This document shows, in pieces, positions 1 through 8,700 of a DNA stretch of 19,454 nucleotides; the stretch's first letter is position 1, and each line of letters starts with the position of its first letter. This DNA comes from an uncultured bacterium (GTDB lineage: Bacteria; Hydrogenedentota; Hydrogenedentia; Hydrogenedentales; JAEUWI01). A program made the position numbers and the translations under genes. The stretch is taken from assembly GCA_963977445.1 (NCBI GenBank), contig CAXBPH010000122.1, positions 1-19,454 of the forward strand, given 5' to 3'. The notes beneath the pieces were generated by a model. It searched no databases and was not told where the DNA came from. It saw nothing but the letters and a program-made list of their open reading frames with translations.

Positions 1-1120
1 ATTGCTTATCCATCCCCGCCTCCTTGATGAAGGCTTCCGCCATCGCCTTTCGCCGTGGATTAATCATGACCGGTATGCCAAAACACGGCTTCGAATAAAT
101 CTGCGCAGGAAGGACGGCGTCGTAGGTCATCCCGTCGCCCACAATTGCCCGTATGATCTCATCAAACCGCGTTGTAAACCAGGGTTCCGAAATAAAGTGG
201 GGCCATCCCGTGTCGGCCATACTGCAGTTTACAACCAGTAATCGCAATATGCCCTCGGTCTCGCCGCCACATTGTCGCTTGAATAGCTTGGTACGAAGCT
301 TCTTTCCCCATTCCGACCAGGCGCATTCCTCCGCGCTCCCGACTTGAAAGAACAATTGGGTATCGGTGGATTGTGTGCCCCAATGGATGGTAATTTCGCG
401 CTCGTCAGAATCCTCGTAATATTCCTCGCAAGTAACTCGAATCTCGGTTTTCCCGCCGGGGCCATCCACTACCATGTCGGACGAGGGCCGCCCCTCGGAT
501 AGCCAGGCTTTGGCTTTTGCCTGGAATTCTATTAGCCAGGCGTGGAGCTCCTTCTCGGCGCTGGGAAACGTATAGGCGTAGAACACATCATCCTGGTTCC
601 ACTCGCCGGCTATTGATTTGGGACCGGCTTCTACGCGCAGCTCAAAGCCGCAAGGCATCTCAAGGTATCGCAGTATGGCTCGAAGATACTCCTTGACCAG
701 TTGAAATCCCGCAAAGTCGGTCGGTGTATAGATCTCGACGCGAACTTCGTCTTCTGATGATTGCAAAATTAAGTCGGGGCACTTGGAGGCACCTCCCGAT
801 TCTGGTGCCACAAGTTGGCTGCCAAAGTACGAGTGCAAATGTGCAAACAAGAGCAATTCGGCGCTGCGCTGCGCTCGTTCAAACGGTTTTTTCGTTTTGA
901 GTATCGATTTACCAATGGGTCCTGAGAGAGGTAGCCATGTATTTATAAGCTCCAGGAGTTCTTTTGAGGATTCGTAATGGGTATTGTTCAATAAGCGAAC
1001 AATCTCCAGCTCCGAACGCCCGGAATCAGGAATCGAAATTGATTTCGCGATTTCCGGGTAGTCGCCAAGTACTTGGTGTACTTTCTTGGATATGGGGTAG
1101 GTGACGCAGACCGTGCTCAT
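1..1120 (-). CDS. Hypothetical protein with PD-(D/E)xK nuclease-like signature (3'-truncated at window edge, >373 aa)
   Basis: Translated by hand. ATG at 1120 is preceded by GGAGGT (1127-1132), and 373 codons are open to position 2 (MSTVCVTYPISKKVHQ...AELLLFAHL...SKCPDLILQSSEDEVRVEIYTP...KLFKRQC...LLVVN...AGMDKQ). It is missing from the ORF track, presumably because the stop lies outside the window. The nuclease fold is an inference. Confidence 0.8.
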   Translation of the reverse strand, partial: MSTVCVTYPISKKVHQVLGDYPEIAKSISIPDSGRSELEIVRLLNNTHYESSKELLELINTWLPLSGPIGKSILKTKKPFERAQRSAELLLFAHLHSYFGSQLVAPESGGASKCPDLILQSSEDEVRVEIYTPTDFAGFQLVKEYLRAILRYLEMPCGFELRVEAGPKSIAGEWNQDDVFYAYTFPSAEKELHAWLIEFQAKAKAWLSEGRPSSDMVVDGPGGKTEIRVTCEEYYEDSDEREITIHWGTQSTDTQLFFQVGSAEECAWSEWGKKLRTKLFKRQCGGETEGILRLLVVNCSMADTGWPHFISEPWFTTRFDEIIRAIVGDGMTYDAVLPAQIYSKPCFGIPVMINPRRKAMAEAFIKEAGMDKQ

Positions 1121-1175
1121 CGGTTGACCTCCTCTACCGAGCCACGCGTTCTATTTGTAGCACACAACAAACTAT

Positions 1176-1199
1176 GGACAGCCGGGACGGCTATCCTAC
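1176..1199 (-). repeat. GTAG-type REP-like palindrome
   Basis: Minus strand reads GTAGGATAGCCG-TCC-CGGCTGTCC: a GTAG foot followed by an imperfect 9-bp hairpin, in the intergenic gap after pglX. Only one copy is present in the window. Confidence 0.45.
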
Positions 1200-1223
1200 A
1201 TTCTATCTTGTTCGTCAGGTCCC

Positions 1224-3185
1224 TCATCGTGCTTTCACCTCCGCCACAACGGCGTTGACATCGTCTTCGGTGAGCTTGCGGGGGCACCAGTCTACTTTGG
1301 TTGTGGCCTTACCGCTTTTGCTGGTCTTGGTGACTTCGGCCTCTTCCCACAGGGCCGCTTCGAGGTCGTGGGCGATGGCGAGGCTGCGGTCCTGGTGGGC
1401 GGCGCGGACGACGCGGTCGGGCCAGTAGCCCATGGCCAGGTGGGCCCAGTCGTAGTCGCCTTTTTCGAGTTTGGCCCAAGTGGCCTTGAGTACCTTCTGC
1501 CAGGGCTTGTGGCGGAATAGGGGCCAGAGGGGCGCGGCGGTGATCTGGACGCCGTCGTCGTGATTCGGGTGGTAGGTCGGGGCAATCTTCAGCAGGGTGT
1601 CGCGCAGTTCGATGAGTTCGAGCTCGAAGGCCTGGAGGGACTCGAATTGCTTCTCGTCCTCCGCCGTCCGTTCCGCGCCCTTGCTGCGCAGGGCCGTCAC
1701 GTCCGCGCTCACCTGTTTGAGTTTTGGCTCCACGTAGTCGTTGATGGCCGTGTAGAGGGTCTGGCTCGTCAGGCGGGGGTAATAGACCCACAGGGTGTAG
1801 CTGCCGCTCGTCGTCGTGAGGGGCCAGTAGATGGGCGCCTTGCGGCGGCTCTTGGAATAACGCTGGAGGTGAAAGGGGAAGAAATCCCGTTGTAGCCAGC
1901 GGCGCACGTCGCCGGGCACGGGCACGTCCACACGGGCCAGCACTTCCTCCACGAGGCGCGCCAGATCGTCCGGGTGGCCGGGGTCGTCCAACAGGATGCC
2001 GCCGTGGGCATGGAAGGGCGCGTCGCCGTCGGGCAACATGCCTGGACTCTTCGCGGGCAGCGGGTCGAAAGGTTCGGGTTCGGGAGGAGCATCGCGCTCG
2101 CCCGTGGCCAGACGCCAGTCGAAGCGGCCAAAGGCCACGCCCACGGCCCAGGAGAGAAGTCCCACGGTCGCGTCCGCTTCATCGTTGGATTCTTCTTCCG
2201 AACCGGCGTCGTCGATTACATCTAGCATATCTTCGGATTCAGGTAGCGCATCTGTTCCCATAGCAGCCACCCGGTCAGATTCGCAGAACCCGTAGAGTCT
2301 AAATGCGATATCGTCTATTCGCGTTTGAAATTCTGCGAGTTCAGACTCAATCGCCTCTGGCTTGAAGTCACTCAAAAGAGATTGCAATGCGGAAGGTAAT
2401 AGGAACGCGTGAGAATTTTCGTTTGCGGTATTTAATTTTCGTTTTAATGACCACGAGCGATGGGCAAGGGTTTGCAGTACGTCAGCCTCGATTGGATCCG
2501 GCTTTGCCCATGGCATACGCTGCAAAATTCCAACAATAAATTCTGGAAATCCGAATCTACCCAGAGCAGCTTTGAACAAGTAATCAAAGGCTGCGCTATT
2601 AAATACTGCAAGCGTCAGCAATTCATCTCCGAGTGCCGGAAACGCCGAGTAGCCGCGGACCGAGAATATACAGTCTGTTGGCATGAATTGAGGGGCGAAT
2701 CGACGAGCTCTCAGCGGCCACGTAAGGCCAGGACGTCGGAAATACTTGCGTTCTGTCTCGCCTAGCATCCAAACGTTGGAGCGAATATTACCTTTCGCGT
2801 TCAAGTTGCTTTTTATCTCTAGGCCATCGCAATTCCAGTTAACTACTAGGAATATATCGGTGTAAAAGGGTGAAAAGGCACCGCCCTTTGCGAATCCCGG
2901 CCATCGCCCATTGTCTGCCGAAACTTCCCACCACGCTCGTACAAATCGGAAATCGTCTGCAGTGGCTAACCCTTGCTTAACGGTGCGGGCCTCGTTCTCA
3001 AATGCAGGAAACTCCATAAACTTGTTGCGGACAGACTCACTGACCCAATAGGCAAAGGGCGATCCTGGAATCTGTCGGAAGTTGGCGGGATCAAGTTCGA
3101 ACACGCGATTATCTCTTGTCTGGATGGCTGCTAGTAGCGAACTCTGTTTATCCTTGTCGGTCAATATTCGTAAGAACGTGGTCAT
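1224..3185 (-). CDS. pglX: BREX PglX C-terminal part (target-recognition/specificity region), encoded as a separate gene
   Basis: 653-aa ORF with PglX C-terminal motifs FRQIPGSPFAYW, KQGLATADDFRFVRAWWEV, FAKGG, YSKSRRKAPIYW, HDDGVQITAAPLWPL and YDWAHLAM. Its ATG overlaps the upstream stop as ATGA (3182-3185). Confidence 0.85.
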   Translation of the reverse strand: MTTFLRILTDKDKQSSLLAAIQTRDNRVFELDPANFRQIPGSPFAYWVSESVRNKFMEFPAFENEARTVKQGLATADDFRFVRAWWEVSADNGRWPGFAKGGAFSPFYTDIFLVVNWNCDGLEIKSNLNAKGNIRSNVWMLGETERKYFRRPGLTWPLRARRFAPQFMPTDCIFSVRGYSAFPALGDELLTLAVFNSAAFDYLFKAALGRFGFPEFIVGILQRMPWAKPDPIEADVLQTLAHRSWSLKRKLNTANENSHAFLLPSALQSLLSDFKPEAIESELAEFQTRIDDIAFRLYGFCESDRVAAMGTDALPESEDMLDVIDDAGSEEESNDEADATVGLLSWAVGVAFGRFDWRLATGERDAPPEPEPFDPLPAKSPGMLPDGDAPFHAHGGILLDDPGHPDDLARLVEEVLARVDVPVPGDVRRWLQRDFFPFHLQRYSKSRRKAPIYWPLTTTSGSYTLWVYYPRLTSQTLYTAINDYVEPKLKQVSADVTALRSKGAERTAEDEKQFESLQAFELELIELRDTLLKIAPTYHPNHDDGVQITAAPLWPLFRHKPWQKVLKATWAKLEKGDYDWAHLAMGYWPDRVVRAAHQDRSLAIAHDLEAALWEEAEVTKTSKSGKATTKVDWCPRKLTEDDVNAVVAEVKAR

Positions 3186-5738
3186 GCTTGTTTCTCCAGT
3201 ACATAGGCGGCGGCTTCCACCATGGCGTCATCCATCACACCATGCCCCAGGTCGGCCATGACCTCCGGCGTCCCAATACCTAGAACGACCTCCTCGCGCC
3301 ATTTTTTGTAGCTAGAGAGAAAGAAACAGGTGCGCGAGGTGATTGCGCCAATACGCCCGCCCGTTCGCAAGAGCTCCATTCCCCGCTCGACAAAGATGGC
3401 CAGTAGGTCGTTCTTGCTGCGGGGATAAGCCTTCCCGAGTTGGGCTTTCGTGTTGCTGGCCAGGGCGCCGAAGGGGGGATTCATCACCACTACATCGAAG
3501 ACTTCGCGGCAGAGGTCAATAAGCCGCAGTCCCTGGAGGGCATCCTGGGCGAAGAGTCGTCCCTGATACGTAGACTGGGCGGCGTGGGCGAAGTCGGTGA
3601 GGGCGCCGCGGAGTCGATCTTCCGCCTTTTCCCATTGGGCCATGTCTTCCGCTTCGAAGAGATCGCCATGTTCCCCGAAGACCTGGCGAATGAGCCGGGG
3701 GAGTTCCCGCTCCACCTGGAGGAGGACGCCCAGCTCGGGCAGGCCCTTGAGGAGGGTGAGGGTTTTCTCGAAGAGTTCGGCATCGAGGAAGTCCAGTTGT
3801 TCGCTGAATTGTGCCCGCAATTCCGGCTCGGCGGGGGGGGGCCACGGCGGCCACCACATGGCCCTGGCCGATGCGGGGCCGGTCCTTCGCCGCCGTGCCC
3901 CCTTCGTGCCAGGCGCGCTGGGCGCGGAGCCAGAGGGCGAGGGAGGCGATCTGAGCGGCACGGGCATCGATATCGACGCCGTAAAGGTTGTGCTCGATGA
4001 TGAGGCGTGGGATGAGTCTGCGGAAGTTCGCCAGGGCTTCTTCTTCGGTGTATTCTTCACAGGTGATGTAGTCCGGCTTATTGCCACGAAAGGCATAGGC
4101 GGTCACCAGGCCCTCGTTGAGGAAGGCGTTCCAATCCGTCCCGGCCAACCGCCGGACGAAGGTGATGCCCGACCAAGCTTCGACTTTTTCAGGGCAGTAA
4201 AGGTGAAATCGACCAGGTGGGTGGAGCGGCCCGGGAGACTGTACGACCAGCATGGCCGTCTCGCGGGTGAGTGGCTGCCCCATGGCATCACAGGTCAGCC
4301 TGTCCCAGTTTCGAACCGAGACGCTGTCGGCCTTGATCCAACATGCGGGAAACTGGTCCCGGAATGATTCGTCGGCCTTCCAGGCTTCCTCGTAAATGGT
4401 CTGCATGAGATCAAAGGCGTAGAGGAGGAAGTGCCCACTGCCGCAAGCCGGGTCGAGGATCTTCAGTTCGCGGGGATCCTTCCGGGGCCGGTACGGCACC
4501 AGCACCGGCGCCCGGAGCAATGCTTCCTGGGAGCGATCCGCTCCTTCGCCCGCGCGCAGCCGGTCCAGAATTTCCTGCCCGGCCCGCATAGCGAGGCTGC
4601 CGCTTCGGAAAATCGTGCCACACCCACTTTGGCGATCCGCGCGCGCACACAAAAATAGAAAGTCCCACAATTCTTGCAAGGGCACCGCCTTCAAATCGTC
4701 CCGTGCCCGGTACTGCTCCTCTAGATGGTAAAGCTTCGCCGGACTGCCTTCCCGCGCGTATCCATCGACACAGTATCCAAGCTGAACAACGAGGTCGACT
4801 TGCTTTTTCTCCTCCTCCGGCCAGTCGGGGATCCTCCCCTGGCGCAACGCATCGGCCAGGGGTTTCACCCCGCCGCCGTATTCATCGTCCGCCGTCGACT
4901 TTGCGAGGAAAACGTCATTCGGCCGCCGGAGGAGGTACTGGCAGGTGTCTTTCAGGGCGGTCTGGCCCTGGCACATCTCATACCACGTACGCCCGAGGGT
5001 GTTGTCCACGAGGAACTCCACCACATAGCGCGGGGTGAAGAACTGGTTGCGGACGGCGAGCTCCCGGCTGTTGCGCGGGGCCTGGGAGGCATCGCGCATG
5101 GCCTTGCGCTCTTCCTTGGAATTGAAATATTGGTAGATCCAGCCGATGGCCTCGTCTTCCGCCCAGAGCATTGCCAGGTCGCCATGGTTGATCTCGGCCA
5201 GGAGCTCCAGGAGGGCGGTCTCCCGGGGGAAGAGTCGGCCCATGGGGGAATAGCGGTCGAAGAGGACGGGGAGATCGAGGGCGAACTCGTCGAAGACACT
5301 GAGGAGATAGCAACGGTAGGCGTCGCCCGTTTCCCCGAGGGCGGGCCCGGCAAGGCGCTTGTAAAGCTGGAAGCCCTTGGACTCATAGCCCTGGGCGACG
5401 GATTCGAGGAGGAGTCCCCGGGCCTCGGCCATGCGGAGGGCGCAGAGGCGGTTGAGAACGGTGAAGGCCTGCTCGCGGACGAGACGGTCGAGGGCGGCCT
5501 GGGTGTCGCGCTTGGGCATGTTGGCCAGCATGTGCTCCAGGATTTCCCGGAGGAGGCTGGCGGTCTCCCGGCCCCGGGCGTCCAGGGCGGTGAGCTGGTC
5601 GAGATCGGTGATGGTGCCCGACTTGGGGTCCAGGCCGTATTCATGCTGGAGTTGGCGCGTGAAATCGGTGCCCAGGAGGTCCCGGGCGGTGTTGACAAAC
5701 TTCTGGAGGCGGTTGCGTGTGGCGTTATCGAAGGCCAT
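3182..5738 (-). CDS. pglX: BREX adenine DNA methyltransferase PglX, N-terminal/catalytic part, frameshifted (+1) at a C9 tract (851 aa if C8)
   Basis: Frame 1 has MAFDNATRNRLQKFV, AFTVLNRLCALRMAEAR, IGWIYQYF, NQFFTPRYVVEFLVDNTLG, motif I ILDPACGSGHF and HNLYGVDID. After 3833-3841 the protein continues in another frame (PPAEPELR...FDVVVMNPPFG...DLGHGVMDDAMVEAAAY), which holds catalytic motif IV NPPF. Confidence 0.88.
3833..3841 (-). repeat. C9 homopolymer (G9 on + strand) at the pglX frameshift site
   Basis: + strand gcGGGGGGGGGcc. Minus strand GTG GCC CCC CCC CGC; deleting one C gives GCC CCC CCC GCC GAG CCG (A-P-P-A-E-P) and joins the two ORFs. Confidence 0.85.
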
Positions 5739-5744
5739 GGGGTA

Positions 5745-8700
5745 TTACTCCTCGAACCTAAAGGTGACTTCGATATCGCTGGTGATAGTGAGCTCGTTTT
5801 GCAGGATCTGGAGCTCCTGGATGAGGGCCTGGAGGCGCTGGGCGTCGTTTAGCGCCTTGGGAATGCGCACCTCGCGCCGGAGGGTTGTTTTGCCCTTCTT
5901 TTTCGCTTCCTCTTCCTCATCGAGGAGTCGCTTTCGCCGACGCTCCTCGCCCGTGCGGTGAATGCCCGCTTTTTGCGCACTGACCTGGTTCGCCAGCTCA
6001 ATTTCGTTGCACAAAAGGGACTGAATCCCTTGGATATCGTCGCTGGCCGCGATAATGTAGCCATCGAGCTTGCCGAGTTCCTGGGATTGCTCTTCCTGGG
6101 TCAATTCGAGCCACTCGGGAAGGTGCTGGAGGTCTTTTTGGGCTTCCTTGACCGCGGCCTGCTGGGTGTCGGCCATTTTCTGGGCCGTGTCGCGAATGGC
6201 GGCCTGGAAGTTGGACCGGGTGGTGTTCAGGTCGGCCTGGTGCTCGTGAAAATTCTTCTTCTCGAGCCGATCCTGGAGGTGGGCAATGTCTTCGGCGAGT
6301 TCGGTCTTGAGATTGCCGGAGCGGCCCGAGTTGGGGAAGCCCTTGATGGCGCTGTCCATCTCGCGGAGTTGTCGGATGGTTTTCTCCAGGCCGTCGCCGA
6401 GGGCCTTCACCACAGCCATGGCCCACTTGATGCCGTCGTAGAGGGGGGCATCTTCCCCGCCCAGGCGCTGGGGGGCGTCGGATGCGTCGGTGGAGAGAAT
6501 AGTGCCAATTTCCTCGTGGATGGCTTGAACGTCGTGGCAGCCGGGGAGGCCGAGGTTTTCCAGCTTGCCTGCAAGGGGTCCGCACCATTGCTGACACTTG
6601 GTGAGGGTCTTCATGGCGGCCTTGCTGATGTCTTCCTCCAGGGGCACGACGCCTTCGCCAGAGAGATCGGTGAGCCGTTCCGCCGCCCGGGCCAGGAGCT
6701 CGTTGGAGGGTTTGTCTTCCCGCAGGGCGACCCCGACCTTCTTGAAGGCGTTGTTGGTGCGGAGGGCTTCGATGGCTTGCTGGCCGTTCACGGTGACCTC
6801 GTGCCCGCCGATCTTGAGCTTGATCTCGCCGCTGACGAGGAGGGCAGCCACGAGATAGCGGAGGGTATCCTGGGACCAACCGAAGGGGGCGGCGGTAAAG
6901 TGATCCATGAGGCGCTTGCCCTCGGTATTGCCGTTGCGATCGAGGTAATCCTTGATGCTGACGAGTGCCTTCTGGTCGCTGCGGATCCGGGGGCTTCCAC
7001 CGGTCACCTCGACCAGACCGAGGGGGTCGGTCTTCACATTAGCGGCCTTTAGATTGCCCAGACGGAGGAAATCTTCGGCGAGGGACGTATCCAGGCGCAG
7101 GGGCGCTTCGTGGAAGCGGTCGAAGACCTGTTCTGCTACGCCCGACAGGTATTTCTTGCCTGCTTCGAGGACATCCTGGTGGAGGCTGTCTACTGCGGTA
7201 ATATCACCCTTGAAGACGAAGGACCCCTGGGCCAGGTGCTTCTTCAGCACCCGCTGTAGCTCGGCGGAGAGCCGTTCCGCCCGGTCCAATTGACCGGCAC
7301 AATATTCCTTGATCTCCTGATCGGGGTCGTTCTTGTGGCGCCGGGCAATTTCCTGGCACCGGAAAATCTCTCCGAGCGCACCGTCGGTCTGGGCATCGCT
7401 TCGGGCGACGAGGAAGATGGTAAAGCGTTCGCCCTGCTGCCGGGAGTCACCCACACGATCGGCACGGGCATGCTCGTATTCATCGGGGCTCACAAACTGG
7501 ATAACCGTCTGGATGGGGTTGCGGTCCCCTTCGAGGCTGCTGGCCATGGCGCCCGTTGTGGCCGACTTGATACCCGAGGTAATGGTCAAGGCATTGTGCA
7601 GCCGCGTGGCGGGGAGGGGTGAAAAGATTGCGCGCAGGGCATCGTTGAAAATGCGTCGCGTTTCCACGGCGCGCAGGGGCAACTGGGCCCGCTCCTGGTC
7701 GATGTCGTTGAGGCGCTCACTGAAGAAGCAAAGGCTGCCGTCCTTCTCGCCGAAAGGGACAAAGCCGTTGTTGATGAGTTCGGCGATGGCCGATTCCACG
7801 GCGTCGCGCTGGGATGGCGCGGCGATGCCCGGGTGCATGAGAGACGCGACGTTGTGCCGGTTGACGGGCATATTGCTGAGGATCTGCAAGATGGCCACGG
7901 TCTTGGCGATGTCCTGATGGAGGGCCGAATCGGGAAACTGCTGCCGGGCTTTCTCCACGGCACTGTGGGTCGTGGAAAAGGCGCGCCGGATATCCTTCTC
8001 CAGGCAGTCATAGAGCGTGACGGTGGTGGCGAGCCAGCCAAGTTCTTGATCGGCAACGGGTTTCTGGCCGGGTACACCTTCCACCAGCACGTCCTGGATG
8101 ACCTTGATAGCCGAGCGAAGGCCGATGCCACCGGTGGTCTTCGCCAATTGGCCGAGGAGATGCAGGAGGATTTCGAAGTGGGCCGGCAAAAATGGGTACA
8201 GATCGATGAAGGTCTTCTCGTCGAAGTCGGCGTCGTAGAACTTCGCGTCCTGGAGCTTGGTATTGTGGCGGAGCGCCTGCCCGTGCTGGGCGAAAAGGGC
8301 CTTGAGCTCCTTGTCGCCCGCCGGTGCCTTGCCCAACAGGCGCTTGGTGCAGATTTCCTTGATGTCCCGCGATTCCAGGTCCACCTGGATGGGGAAACGA
8401 TCTTTCAGCTTGAAGAGTTCGGGCGAATTGATGGCGGTGCGCGGGTCGTCCTCGGTGAGGGTTTGCTGGGCGGTACCGATAAACCAGACCTTGCCATCGC
8501 CGATTTTCTTGAGGTTTTCGGCGAGACCCTGGAGGTTCAGAATGAGGTTCTGTCGGGAACCCACATATTGGCCCACCTCGTCCACCACAAAGAGGATGTA
8601 TTCTTTCCCCGACGCTTCACGGACGATGTTGATCATTTCTTCCACCCGCTCGGTTTCGAAGCGAATATGCTCTCCGGCCTCTGTGTTGAATGAGGCGGGT

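Noticed and set aside
2..977. Short ORFs listed at the left edge (2-241, 153-347, 162-383, 229-465, 783-977)
   Set aside because: All overlap the long open minus-strand frame 1120 to <1, which has an RBS and protein-like composition.
3182..4096. 304-aa ORF as an independent gene
   Set aside because: Its first ~85 residues are out-of-frame junk overlapping conserved PglX motifs; only the part after the C9 tract is PglX-like.
4035..4900. PglX insertions as inteins
   Set aside because: No convincing intein N-terminal block or terminal HN followed by C/S/T; the nearby HN (EHNLYG) is native PglX sequence.
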